From a virus: a stretch of DNA of 64,000 nt. The translations under genes and the position numbers were made by a program. The notes under the pieces are model-generated. The model did not search any database and was not told the origin of the DNA. It worked only from the letters and a program-made list of their open reading frames with translations. The stretch covers positions 96,001-160,000 of the IMG/VR virus record IMGVR_UViG_3300008255_000099; one strand, 5' to 3'. This document shows positions 45,194 through 54,997 of the stretch, piece by piece. Every line of letters begins with the position of its first letter. Position 1 is the stretch's first letter.

Positions 45194-45328
45194 AATTTTC
45201 CTCCTTGATTTGGTTGAGCATTAAACTCACAATTTAAATTAATTTAGGTTTTTTAAGTTTTTTTAGTTTATTTTTGCATCTTTCGATTCAGTCGAATCGA
45301 TCCTTTGATGCTATCTTTCTATTATACA
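45194..45328 (-). promoter_or_regulatory. SSB promoter (TGTATAAT, 45321-45328) and long leader with hairpin plus A-rich tract
   Basis: GCATC/GATGC and TCGATTC/GAATCGA stems at 45276-45311, then AAACTAAAAAAACTTAAAAAACCTAAATTAATTTAAATT before the SD. Confidence 0.5.
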
Positions 45329-45346
45329 AAAGAACGAAATATTCCT

Positions 45347-46054
45347 CTATTTTTCTTTTATATTTTTGAGATTCCATGACTTATTTTGGCTATTTGCATT
45401 TGGTAATTCTGAGATTAATTCTTCGTATTCTTCAGGGTCATCATATTGTGATTCAGAACCAAATTGTTTTGTAACCATGTCGCCAGATCCCACAGTCGCC
45501 CCACTCATTCTACTCTGATTTTCAAAAGATCTAATGATCCCATTAATCATGTAGTATTGTTGGGTCATATCGTTATAAAGTTTATCAACAATTTCAGACG
45601 CATCATCTGCATCTCCTGATTTTCTAATAAATTCTGCTAATTTTTCTGATGCATATCCTTTCCTTCCGGTCTCATTTTTGACATCTGTTCTAGCCATCAG
45701 GATTGACTGCATCTCTTTTAAAGCTCTTTTCTTTTCATTAGAATTTTTTTTAATTAATAAAGCTATTTTACTTAAAGAATTGTATGCATTATAAATTCTA
45801 CTATAAATATATTTTGCCTCTTCATAATCCATATTTGATTCTATGTCTGGAAGATCAACAATATCAATTGCTCTTTTGATTAAAACATTATAATCTAGTT
45901 CTTTAATGTTGTTAAATGCTTTTTTCCAATTATAAATAATTTCATCATCTTCGACTTCTCTTGTTGCGTCTTCAAAATCTTCAGTTGAACCAAAGAGAAC
46001 ATCTAACCCATATTCTTCTTCAAAGTTTTTAATATTAGACATAGTATTCACCAA
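45347..46054 (-). CDS. Hypothetical helical protein (position compatible with a recombination mediator)
   Basis: 235 aa, coiled-coil character, upstream of SSB/recA; no diagnostic motif. Confidence 0.55.
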   Translation of the reverse strand: MVNTMSNIKNFEEEYGLDVLFGSTEDFEDATREVEDDEIIYNWKKAFNNIKELDYNVLIKRAIDIVDLPDIESNMDYEEAKYIYSRIYNAYNSLSKIALLIKKNSNEKKRALKEMQSILMARTDVKNETGRKGYASEKLAEFIRKSGDADDASEIVDKLYNDMTQQYYMINGIIRSFENQSRMSGATVGSGDMVTKQFGSESQYDDPEEYEELISELPNANSQNKSWNLKNIKEK

Positions 46055-46396
46055 TTATTCTATTTCCGGTAAAACTTCTTCAAGTTTAACAGAAGCGGCT
46101 GATGTTTTTGGTTTTTCAGCAAGCTTTTGTGGCATCCCGGTAGATGCTCTCCGATTATATTGTCTTTCAATAAAATTCCATTGTTTAATAATATCTTGAT
46201 TACAATCAAGAAATATATTTTTGTGTATTAAATTTGTTTCTTCGTCTGTTAAATCACCTTCGATTGTGACAGACCTCGAAGAATTAAGATCAACAGATTC
46301 AAAATTCCCCGTATTTATTTTTATAGTGAAAGAAACACCGACTGTTCTTTCTTTTACATTTTTGTCAGCCAGTATTTCTTCTAATTCACTTGACAT
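46055..46396 (-). CDS. Hypothetical protein
   Basis: 113 aa, GGAGG SD. Confidence 0.65.
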   Translation of the reverse strand: MSSELEEILADKNVKERTVGVSFTIKINTGNFESVDLNSSRSVTIEGDLTDEETNLIHKNIFLDCNQDIIKQWNFIERQYNRRASTGMPQKLAEKPKTSAASVKLEEVLPEIE

Positions 46397-46413
46397 AATT
46401 TCCTCCAGTCCTC

Positions 46414-46452
46414 GCTAATCAGTGGCTCTATTATACAACGGCACCGATTAGC
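46414..46452 (-). promoter_or_regulatory. Inverted repeat with TGTATAAT motif in the loop
   Basis: GCTAATCAGTG (46414-46424) / CACCGATTAGC (46442-46452); motif 46430-46437. Confidence 0.55.
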
Positions 46453-46464
46453 CATAATTTATTT

Positions 46465-49400
46465 CTAAAATGGAAGTTTATCTGAATCACCATCAATTAT
46501 TTCAGACCAATCGCTAGATAGATTAAATAAATCTGATAAATCTTCTGGTACATCTTTCTCAAATTCTTCCGTTTTCTTTATTTTTGTGATTTCATTTTTG
46601 ATATCGACTATCATTTCTTTCATTTGATTTCTACCGATATTCAATGCTACATCTGAAATAAAACAATCACAAGCACCACCATCAATTAGCTTTTCCAGAA
46701 CCATTTTGTTAGGTCTCGCTCTATAACAAAAATCTTTAAAATTCTTGTATTGTTGTGTCTCTCTTGATTCTATTACACTAATAGCATTTTTACCAATACC
46801 TTTAATGAAATTCAAAGGAAGGACGATTGCAAATTCACCAGAATTTTCATAATTATAATCGACAAAACAATCAAGTGTTGATGTATTAACATTTGGATAA
46901 ACAAAAAGAATATTAGCATTTGTTTGTTTGTTGATCTTGTTAATTTCATCTATGTACATCAAAACTTTATCTTCTTTTTCTATATCTTCATTGATGCTTG
47001 CTGCATACCATTCATGCGGGAAATAATTAAGAAGATAAGCGTTCCAATAAGCGCTTAATCCATAAACTGTGCTGTGAGCTTTGTTGAAACTATAACTAGC
47101 AAAATCTTGTGCTAAATTCCAAATTCTTTGAACTACATCTTTTGAATAATTATTTCTTTCTGCACCATCAAAAAATTTCTTTCTGCACCATTCGAAAAGA
47201 TCACCATCTTTTTTGCCAACTGCTTTTCTTAAAACATCGGCTTCTGAAAGTGTAAACCCTCCAACAACTTGAGCTATTTGCATGATCTGTTCTTGATAAA
47301 CTAAAATTCCATAAGTACTTTCAAGAATTGGTTCTAGATCTTTATGAATATATTTAATCTTGTCTGGATTCTTTTTGTTTTCAGCATAGGTAATCCCCGG
47401 TGTCCATTTAGGATCTTTCTCTGGATCCCTTTGTTTATCATACATGTCTTTTGAGATGTATTTCATTGGGCCAGGACGATTCAAAGCGTTGATTGCAACA
47501 ATATCATTAAAACTATCAACACCAACCTGCTGTGGCTTCAACATTTCTTTCACATGAGGCCGCCAAAATTGAAAAACAGTCGAGGTCCATCCTTGTGAAA
47601 AGATACTCAAAGCACCCTTATCATTTCTATCTACAGATCTAAAATCAATTTCGATGCCATCATCTGGCCTATTCTTAATATATTCTAAACATCTAGAAAG
47701 CTTTCCAACATTTGACAGACCAAGAAAATCGAATTTAATGTATCCTGCACTTTCCATGTCTGACAAATCAAACTGTGACACAATTGCATCTTTTGCTTTA
47801 TGAAGAGGAATTTTATCCATCAAATTATGTGGCGAAATGACTACCCCAGCAGCATGTTCAGAAACTGCACTAAAAGCAGATCCTTCAATAATCGCTGCGT
47901 TGTCCACCACAGAGCGTTTTACACCAAGCCGACGGAGCGCCTGTGAGACCTCCTTAGCCTTGAGAGCATCAACAATGCTCTCTGCCCCCTTCGGGATAGC
48001 CTTGGACACGCTGAGGGCATCCTCGTGGTTTATACCGGCATCCTTGAGCGCCCCAACGAGGCAAGAGCGGGTCGAGAAGCCCTGATAAGTTCCAATGTTA
48101 ACAACATGATCTTGTCCATACTTTTCAATGACATATTCAATAACTTCATGCCTTCTCTTATGATCAAAGTCAGAATCGACATCGGGCAAAGAGCCCATTT
48201 TGTAAACTTCGAGCGGGCCATCGGGTGCCTCTTGAACAAGATCTAGGCAATAAGCGATCCATGAGTTTACAGGGTTTCCATCAATCTGGATGTCTTTGCT
48301 AATCAAATCGTAGTAATAGTTATCAAGATTTTGATTTTCCAATGGCAATATTTCTCGAATTAAGCTTGGGGTGTATTGGCGGAATTGATCGCTTTCCATC
48401 ATCTTCCCAACAAGTTCTCTTAATTTACCAGTTGATTCTGTTTCGCCGCCATCTTCTTTCCATTGAGAAACCGGATATTCTTTAAATTCGAATTTGTATT
48501 GACTTGAACGACCAGGATTTAAGAATCTTTCAAACATCAGGTTGAGTTCTGGATCTAATGGATCAACGAAAGAAATCTCAAGCAGATAGAGGACAAGAGA
48601 ACCAGCGCCACTATTATGTACAACAAAATTTTGTGTTAAATATGAAGAATCATCATCAATTGATAAATCATAAACAAAATCATTTGTTGTTTCTGAAATA
48701 TTCTTAATTTTTATAAAATAACCATCTTCTAGATTTGAATGTTTTTTATCTTTTTCAAGTTCTAATCCCTTAAATCTTATCCTATATGATTCTTTACAAT
48801 TATAATTACCAATTTTATAAGGAGCACTCCTACTTATATAATTTGGTATTTTTAGGTATAATAAACATTCTCTTAAATCTAATAATAATCTATAACTAGT
48901 TGTATCTATATTCTCTCTTTTAATTTTTTTAGATAATTCATTACTTCCATTTGAATGTTTTAAACCCAATAACAATTGTCTTAATAAAGAATCTTTTACA
49001 TATTTAAATTTACCGATATATTTTGTAGATGAGGAAAATTTATAATCTTTAAATAGACATGAAAATAGTTTGGTTATAATTTTATTATAAATATGTACTT
49101 GAATAAGATTTTTGTCTTTATGTTTAGTTATTTTAGGATTTAATCCTAGTTTTTCTAAATAAAGACATATTCTATTTATTCCATTAAAATCTTCAGAATG
49201 AAAAGATATTCCTAATCTATATTTTTTTTCTTCTTCAGAATGCTCATACCATCCGTCTCCAATCCATCTCCCACAAAAATAAAACCAATCTTCATCTTGT
49301 TCTATATATCTAGAAAATCTTGTGGTCTCATTTTTTGTTAATGGATTAATTAATATTATTTCATCATCTGTTGTTTTATAATTACTATCAACAAATTCAG

Positions 49401-50946
49401 ATAAATCTATTTTTTCAAAATCTATTATTTTTCTATTTGGATATTTTACAAAAAGCATATCTCCAACAGTCAGTTCCTCCGCAGTAAACCATTCTGGATT
49501 TGGATTAAAATCATATTTTTTACACTTAAAAGGAAGAGACCAATTATTTTTTTGTGGTAATTTATATCTATGTGTTTCATATACTTTGGAACCTAAAATT
49601 TTATGATCTTTAGTTAAAGTAATTGAATCAAATGAATTTTCTGTTTTTATATTTAAAAGTTTTTCATTTAAAATATTATATTTAAAAGTATTTTTTACTT
49701 TTTGGCTTTTACCAGAGTGTGTAAATACTGAATCCCCAATTTTTATTTCATCCAATCTCTTAAAACCATCATCTTTTGTTAAAACAAGAGCATCTCCTGT
49801 TAAACAGCCACGCCCAGGACCTACGCCAATCCCTTTTTCTTTGCAAAATCTGAAGATATCCCAAAGAATTAGGAAGTATTCTTCTGTTCCCATCTCAAAA
49901 ATTTTATCAAGCTCAAATCTAGTTCTATCTTTATATTCCTGTTTTTCAAATAATGAAAATGTTTTTAATCCTTTGATTGCAAGATATTTTAAAAACGCTT
50001 GATGGTCTGTGAAATGAGGCATTTTAGATGCCTTCCAAGATTCAAATTCATCTGTTTTTTCAATTGAGAACGCTGGGAACTTCCAAGTTGTTTTGATTGG
50101 GAAACGATATTCACATTTTTCTGCTATTTCCATGGTGTTTTTGCAAGCATCCGGCACCTCTGAAAATAATTCGTACATTTCTTCTGCTGATCTTAAATAG
50201 AATTGATCTGAACCATATCCTATCCCACTATTCTCCGTGTTTTTCATTCGAAGATGTTTTAACAAAGTGTGGGCATTTGCATGATTTTGGAAGATATAAT
50301 GGACATCGTTTGCAGCTACAAGTTTAATTCCATGTTTTCTTGACATTTCAATCATAAACTTGATAATTGGTTTTTCTATTTCAAGACCATGATTTTGAAT
50401 TTCGAGATAATAATCTTCTCCAATAATTTCTCTCCATTCACAGATTATCTTTTCAGCAGCTTCAAAATTGCCCTTTAAGACTTCTTGTGGCGCAATTCCA
50501 GATGGGCATCCAGAAGTAACAACTAATCCATCTAATCTTTTTTCAACGACAGACCAATCAACCCTTGGTTCATAATAATAACCTTCTGTTGCACCAATGT
50601 TGGCCATCTCAACAAGATTTTTATATCCTGTCTCATTTTTGCAAAGCATTGTGATATGGTTGTGCTTTGGTCTCTTCATTTTTCCATCACGGAGAACATT
50701 TTGCTTTACTTTCATGTCTCCCTGATAAAAATAAATCTCATTCCCAACAATTCCTTCAATTCCAACTTCCGAACATCTTTTTGCAAATCTGATAATCCCA
50801 CCCATTCTTCCATGGTCAGTGATTGCTAGGTGTGAAAACCCTAACTCTTTTGCTCGATCAACAAGATCTTCTACCTTGTTCAAACCGTCATTAATTGAAA
50901 ACATCGTATGGCAGTGGAGGTGGCAGTATTGGTCTGATTTTATCAT
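46465..50946 (-). CDS. dnaE: DNA polymerase III alpha subunit (family C) with intein
   Basis: HLHCHTMFSINDG (PHP), AITDHG, ANDVHY, GPGRG|SGAGSLV, FERFLNPGR, PDVDSDF, HAAGVVI, KFDFLGL, TYGILVYQEQIMQ, YSFNKAHS. Confidence 0.96.
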   Translation of the reverse strand: MIKSDQYCHLHCHTMFSINDGLNKVEDLVDRAKELGFSHLAITDHGRMGGIIRFAKRCSEVGIEGIVGNEIYFYQGDMKVKQNVLRDGKMKRPKHNHITMLCKNETGYKNLVEMANIGATEGYYYEPRVDWSVVEKRLDGLVVTSGCPSGIAPQEVLKGNFEAAEKIICEWREIIGEDYYLEIQNHGLEIEKPIIKFMIEMSRKHGIKLVAANDVHYIFQNHANAHTLLKHLRMKNTENSGIGYGSDQFYLRSAEEMYELFSEVPDACKNTMEIAEKCEYRFPIKTTWKFPAFSIEKTDEFESWKASKMPHFTDHQAFLKYLAIKGLKTFSLFEKQEYKDRTRFELDKIFEMGTEEYFLILWDIFRFCKEKGIGVGPGRGCLTGDALVLTKDDGFKRLDEIKIGDSVFTHSGKSQKVKNTFKYNILNEKLLNIKTENSFDSITLTKDHKILGSKVYETHRYKLPQKNNWSLPFKCKKYDFNPNPEWFTAEELTVGDMLFVKYPNRKIIDFEKIDLSEFVDSNYKTTDDEIILINPLTKNETTRFSRYIEQDEDWFYFCGRWIGDGWYEHSEEEKKYRLGISFHSEDFNGINRICLYLEKLGLNPKITKHKDKNLIQVHIYNKIITKLFSCLFKDYKFSSSTKYIGKFKYVKDSLLRQLLLGLKHSNGSNELSKKIKRENIDTTSYRLLLDLRECLLYLKIPNYISRSAPYKIGNYNCKESYRIRFKGLELEKDKKHSNLEDGYFIKIKNISETTNDFVYDLSIDDDSSYLTQNFVVHNSGAGSLVLYLLEISFVDPLDPELNLMFERFLNPGRSSQYKFEFKEYPVSQWKEDGGETESTGKLRELVGKMMESDQFRQYTPSLIREILPLENQNLDNYYYDLISKDIQIDGNPVNSWIAYCLDLVQEAPDGPLEVYKMGSLPDVDSDFDHKRRHEVIEYVIEKYGQDHVVNIGTYQGFSTRSCLVGALKDAGINHEDALSVSKAIPKGAESIVDALKAKEVSQALRRLGVKRSVVDNAAIIEGSAFSAVSEHAAGVVISPHNLMDKIPLHKAKDAIVSQFDLSDMESAGYIKFDFLGLSNVGKLSRCLEYIKNRPDDGIEIDFRSVDRNDKGALSIFSQGWTSTVFQFWRPHVKEMLKPQQVGVDSFNDIVAINALNRPGPMKYISKDMYDKQRDPEKDPKWTPGITYAENKKNPDKIKYIHKDLEPILESTYGILVYQEQIMQIAQVVGGFTLSEADVLRKAVGKKDGDLFEWCRKKFFDGAERNNYSKDVVQRIWNLAQDFASYSFNKAHSTVYGLSAYWNAYLLNYFPHEWYAASINEDIEKEDKVLMYIDEINKINKQTNANILFVYPNVNTSTLDCFVDYNYENSGEFAIVLPLNFIKGIGKNAISVIESRETQQYKNFKDFCYRARPNKMVLEKLIDGGACDCFISDVALNIGRNQMKEMIVDIKNEITKIKKTEEFEKDVPEDLSDLFNLSSDWSEIIDGDSDKLPF
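48613..49806 (-). mobile_element. Intein in DnaE (398 aa)
   Basis: GPGRG|CLTGDALV...QNFVVHN|SGAGS; blocks FCGRWIGDG and LLLGLKHSNG (second block degenerate). Confidence 0.93.
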
Positions 50947-51075
50947 TTTCTCTCCTTTTTTGAGTGCTCTAAATTAGCCCCTCAAAATTTTCTTCCTGTG
51001 TTGCAGATTCTACCTCAAAACCAGAATCGTCAGCTTAGTTTCTTTCTGGAATTCTTGATGGGACATCTTTGAGTT

Positions 51076-51663
51076 TCATATTTTGTCTTCCCATGTTTCT
51101 ACTTTGTGGTGGTATCTTGTGATATTTCCAACAACATATCCAAGGATTTGATCTTCTGTTAAAACTTCTATTTCTTTCTCGGCTTTTGCTTCTGTATAAT
51201 AATCATCACATTTTTGAGTTCGGCCTTTGAATTTCCCTGTTGTGAAAAAGGGACTTGCTTCCGTGTCCCAATGATCACCAACACAATCAACAAATTTTTT
51301 ATGATATTCTATTTCTTTCTTTTTTTGTTCTTCTGTGAATTTAACGATGATATATTTTGTTTGACAATGTATTTCTTTACACCGACATTTTTCTTCAGAA
51401 ATTCTATCAAAATCATCGTCGGTAATTTCTCCATTTTCAAACTTGTCAAACAAATCATCTGATTCATTCATACAAAAATCACAAGCATCATAAACTCTGT
51501 TGGGGTCTTCTATCTTAAAAAAACATAAATCCTCATTAAAATTACAAGTTCCTGAAAGAATCCCATCCCAATAATCATGGACCCAAAGAAGACAAAAGTT
51601 TTTTGGATCAAGTTCTTTTAATTTTTCTATTTCTAAATCTTTTATCTCAAAATTAATCTTCAT
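51076..51663 (-). CDS. Hypothetical acidic protein
   Basis: 195 aa; CGTGATAAT promoter-like variant at 51699-51707. Confidence 0.65.
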   Translation of the reverse strand: MKINFEIKDLEIEKLKELDPKNFCLLWVHDYWDGILSGTCNFNEDLCFFKIEDPNRVYDACDFCMNESDDLFDKFENGEITDDDFDRISEEKCRCKEIHCQTKYIIVKFTEEQKKKEIEYHKKFVDCVGDHWDTEASPFFTTGKFKGRTQKCDDYYTEAKAEKEIEVLTEDQILGYVVGNITRYHHKVETWEDKI

Positions 51664-51720
51664 TTTTTCTTTTCTATAACTATTTTTGAAACAACATAAT
51701 TATCACGAGCAGCATCATCA

Positions 51721-52209
51721 TTAATTATTAGCATAATTATTTCTTAATGGAGCAATTTTTTTCCCACCTCTCAAATCATATCTAGCAAAAAGATTTTTTA
51801 CTGGTAAGTATTTTGTCTCCAATATTGGATACAAAGATATTAATTTATTTTCTTGTTTGTATATTGATAAATACTTAGTCCCATCTTTTTCTTTATTTAA
51901 ATGTTTTATTAATTCATCAAGATATAATTTTTTAAGAATTATTTTTGCTATTTCAGTGAAGGTGGAGTTTATTGGATATATAAAAAGTGGTTTCATTTCA
52001 ATTTTATTAGAATAAGCTGTTCCAAAGAAAAAGTATTCTTCCAATGTAGAAAGAGATATTAGTTTTACTGCACTTTTATTTCCGGTCAAATTTGTTTTTA
52101 AATACTCTTCTGTCCAAATAGTTAAAAAGTCACATTTTTCTATTTCTTCTATTTTTGGGAAATTAAAATCACTAAAAAGATTCATAACTTTTTCAATTTT
52201 TTCTTTCAT
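51721..52209 (-). CDS. Hypothetical protein
   Basis: 162 aa, AAGG SD. Confidence 0.6.
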   Translation of the reverse strand: MKEKIEKVMNLFSDFNFPKIEEIEKCDFLTIWTEEYLKTNLTGNKSAVKLISLSTLEEYFFFGTAYSNKIEMKPLFIYPINSTFTEIAKIILKKLYLDELIKHLNKEKDGTKYLSIYKQENKLISLYPILETKYLPVKNLFARYDLRGGKKIAPLRNNYANN

Positions 52210-52375
52210 TATTTAACCTTCTTTCTTGTTCTTACAATTTTGCGGGTCCATATTTTGGAACAAACCTTTTGGTGCTTCAAGATATATTCTTTTGAACTAG
52301 CACCAACGGGAATTGTACTATTTTTCTTACAAATTTATCCTATAATATAAATCTCTATTTCTTCTTTTAAGTCCT

Positions 52376-53311
52376 TCACACATCTCTAACAACTCCTTTC
52401 CACAATCTTGTACTAATTGTTTTGTTGCTTATAACTTCATTGTTCTTAATTGGATTCAAAGAAAAAACATCAACAAACTCGTAGTGACCATCTTCAGTTG
52501 GAATTGTTTTAATATGTTTCTTTTTGCCTTCAATATATTTTCTATTTCTTTTTATTTCATTCCCGAAAATATCAACTGCAATCCCAGGTTTTTCATTGAG
52601 AATTTTTTTGTTCAATCTTTTTTTAGATCTGGGACATTCGGTCATAGCAATTGAATAACTATTTGGCATTCTAAATAGAACAACTATATTTCCTTTGCCA
52701 TCTGAAGCAATAAAAAATTTATCTTTATTTAAATTGAATTTTTTTGAAATAGTTTGAACTTTCCCATTTGCTTCATCTATTGTCTTTTCAAAAGAGACTG
52801 GTGAAAAATTTGTCTTCTTGTTTAAAAGTTCACATTTTTTGATGTATTCAATTGCTGAATTTTTGCTAATTCCACAGTTTTTCGAAATTGCTTCGTAACT
52901 CTGTGGCTCGCTTCTACTTGCGACAAACATAGAAAAAAGCAATGATCTTCTTGAAGTTTTGTCACAAGCGAGAAGGCCGATGGGGAGAAGAAAGATTTTC
53001 TTTTGGATATTCTTCAAATCAAAAACAGAACATAATTTTTTTGAGCCATAAAGAAAAATCTTATCATTTTTATTTTCCCAAAAAAAACTTTCTCCTTCAC
53101 TTAAAATTCTATAAATAGAGGATCTGCTTAAACCAAAAACTATTGATAGATATTGAATAAATAATTCTTTTGGGAAACATCCCGTTGCATTATTTTTTTC
53201 TTTGTCTATCCCTTTGATAAACAACCAAATTGAATAAACATCTATTTTTTTTAATTTAAATGCAGCTTGAATTAAATCAGAATGAACACGAATTGTCTTA
53301 TTTTCAGACAT
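52376..53311 (-). CDS. Basic multi-HTH DNA-binding protein
   Basis: FGLSRSSIYRILSEG and SYEAISKNCGISKNSAIEYIKK HTH-like segments. Confidence 0.5.
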   Translation of the reverse strand: MSENKTIRVHSDLIQAAFKLKKIDVYSIWLFIKGIDKEKNNATGCFPKELFIQYLSIVFGLSRSSIYRILSEGESFFWENKNDKIFLYGSKKLCSVFDLKNIQKKIFLLPIGLLACDKTSRRSLLFSMFVASRSEPQSYEAISKNCGISKNSAIEYIKKCELLNKKTNFSPVSFEKTIDEANGKVQTISKKFNLNKDKFFIASDGKGNIVVLFRMPNSYSIAMTECPRSKKRLNKKILNEKPGIAVDIFGNEIKRNRKYIEGKKKHIKTIPTEDGHYEFVDVFSLNPIKNNEVISNKTISTRLWKGVVRDV

Positions 53312-53648
53312 TAACTAGATTATCCTCTTCTTGAATTGTGATTCCTAAATTGCTCAAAACTGCTTGTCTAACTAATCCTAATTTGTAAATTTCTAATGAA
53401 ATTGCTTCGTTGATTAAATATTCAAATGCTTCTTGTTCTGAATATTCTAAAATTTCACATAAAAATACTTGTATTATTTTCAGTCTCATTAGTTGTGAAC
53501 CTGATAACTTTAGGTCCAAACCAAAAGATTCAGTCCGATCCATGATCGAAGGATCGGACTGAATCTCACCGATTCTTTTCTCAATTTTATTTAGAGTCTT
53601 TTTTCTTAATTCTGGGTTTTTTGTAAATTCTTCTATCGTTCTTGCCAT
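53304..53648 (-). CDS. Hypothetical protein
   Basis: In-frame ATG 53648 with GGAG SD. Confidence 0.6.
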   Translation of the reverse strand: MARTIEEFTKNPELRKKTLNKIEKRIGEIQSDPSIMDRTESFGLDLKLSGSQLMRLKIIQVFLCEILEYSEQEAFEYLINEAISLEIYKLGLVRQAVLSNLGITIQEEDNLVNV

Positions 53649-53668
53649 AATTTCTCCAATTAAAATAA

Positions 53669-53893
53669 CTAGCCAAAGTTGACCCCTTGCCAAGTAGCCA
53701 AAGTTGTTTTTCTCGGCTTGGCATTTGGCTTTCGTTTCTTTGACATAACTTCAAATTCTGATTCTAAATCGGCGACTGCATCTTCTGCTGCTTTATGCCG
53801 CTGCTCCGAAAAAGCACCAGTTTCATAAGTTGTTACATCGCCGTCGAATTGAAACCAAACTTCACCAGCAGGTACAGTATATTCTTTTGCCAT
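53669..53893 (-). CDS. DUF2997-like small protein
   Basis: VWFQFDGDVTTYETGAFSEQRHKAAEDAVADLESEF pattern, directly downstream of a DUF1257-like gene. Confidence 0.45.
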   Translation of the reverse strand: MAKEYTVPAGEVWFQFDGDVTTYETGAFSEQRHKAAEDAVADLESEFEVMSKKRKPNAKPRKTTLATWQGVNFG

Positions 53894-53902
53894 CGTTTTA
53901 CC

Positions 53903-54229
53903 TCACATTCCTGTCCGAACAATCAACGTCTCCCGCTGGGTCGCAGGATGCTTACCCTTTCTAACCATAAAACCTTTCTTTTTAGCCCATGCTTTAACAG
54001 TTGCTCTCGAATACGCTTCTTTAATTTGATTAACTGTGGTCTCCAATCCTATAGTGTAAGTTATACTACCAGATGAATCAATTAAAATATCACCATACGA
54101 CGTTGGGACGGTAATATAATTTTCGTTGTAATTAAAATTCATTCCCATATCTTGAAGAGCTTTTTTCAATCTCTCCAAGTTCTTTATCTGGCTTGTAATT
54201 CTCATTTCCGTTGTTACGTAACAAGGCAT
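53903..54229 (-). CDS. DUF1257/Ycf35-like protein
   Basis: TSQIKNLERLKKALQDMG N-terminus and VNQIKEAYSRATVKAWAKKKGF C-terminus. Confidence 0.65.
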   Translation of the reverse strand: MPCYVTTEMRITSQIKNLERLKKALQDMGMNFNYNENYITVPTSYGDILIDSSGSITYTIGLETTVNQIKEAYSRATVKAWAKKKGFMVRKGKHPATQRETLIVRTGM

Positions 54230-54261
54230 AGTTTTGGACCTCCTCGGGTTTCTGTCTCTAG

Positions 54262-54269
54262 ATTATACA
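54262..54269 (-). promoter_or_regulatory. TGTATAAT promoter-like motif
   Basis: 33 nt upstream of the DUF1257-like ATG. Confidence 0.55.
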
Positions 54270-54304
54270 CCCCCGCATCACCTACAACAAGGTGGAAGAA
54301 AAAA

Positions 54305-54997
54305 TTAGTTTCTAATAAAAAAAATTGCTTTTTTGATGTGATTAAAAAATATATCCTGCTTTTCAGATTGTGACAAAGCCATCATTAATTGCCCTTTTGA
54401 TAAATCTTCTGTTTTTATTTTAAAAGTTCTTCCTGGCCTAATACAAAAAGAAGGATGAAAAACTGGTAAATAGCAACATTCAAAATCTATTGCTGGAATT
54501 TTCCAAGTTATCATCTTTCCAACCATTTCGGAAATCTTCTGATCTGATCCAAAAAGATACTTCAATGGTTTAGAACCACATCCTATAATTATTTTTGGTT
54601 TTATGATATCTATTTCTTTTCTTAAATAAAACAAACAAACATTAATAATTGCACTAATATCTTCTTTTGAAGAATCTGGGAATTTATTATTTTCTGGACG
54701 ACATCTAATAACATTAGAAATATATAATTCTTCTCCAGTTATATTTGTTTGTTTTAAAGAACTTCTGAGTAAAGCCCCAGATCTTCCCACAAATGGTTTG
54801 CCCTCTATTACTTCTTGTGCCCCAGGCGCTTCACCAATAATCATCACTTTGGCTTTTGATGAACCAATCCCAGGGACAGGACAACCATATTCTTTTGTAT
54901 TATTCTTTAAAGATAGTTGTTTATTTAACCCAGATAACTTGCATTTTTCACATTTAAGTATAGAACTTTTTATTTCATCTATTTGCGTATTATTCAT
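54305..54997 (-). CDS. udg: Uracil-DNA glycosylase family 4
   Basis: CEKCKL, MIIGEAPGAQE, PFVGRSG, SNVIRCRPENN, FHPSF. Confidence 0.92.
   Translation of the reverse strand: MNNTQIDEIKSSILKCEKCKLSGLNKQLSLKNNTKEYGCPVPGIGSSKAKVMIIGEAPGAQEVIEGKPFVGRSGALLRSSLKQTNITGEELYISNVIRCRPENNKFPDSSKEDISAIINVCLFYLRKEIDIIKPKIIIGCGSKPLKYLFGSDQKISEMVGKMITWKIPAIDFECCYLPVFHPSFCIRPGRTFKIKTEDLSKGQLMMALSQSEKQDIFFNHIKKAIFFIRN

Noticed and set aside
45347-46054. Calling this gene uvsY
   Set aside because: Only position and helical character support it; no recognisable sequence motif.
50947-51079. Short coupled ORF MKLKDVPSRIPERN* followed in frame by ADDSGFEV...
   Set aside because: Too short to judge; not a tmRNA tag pattern and no other evidence for read-through.
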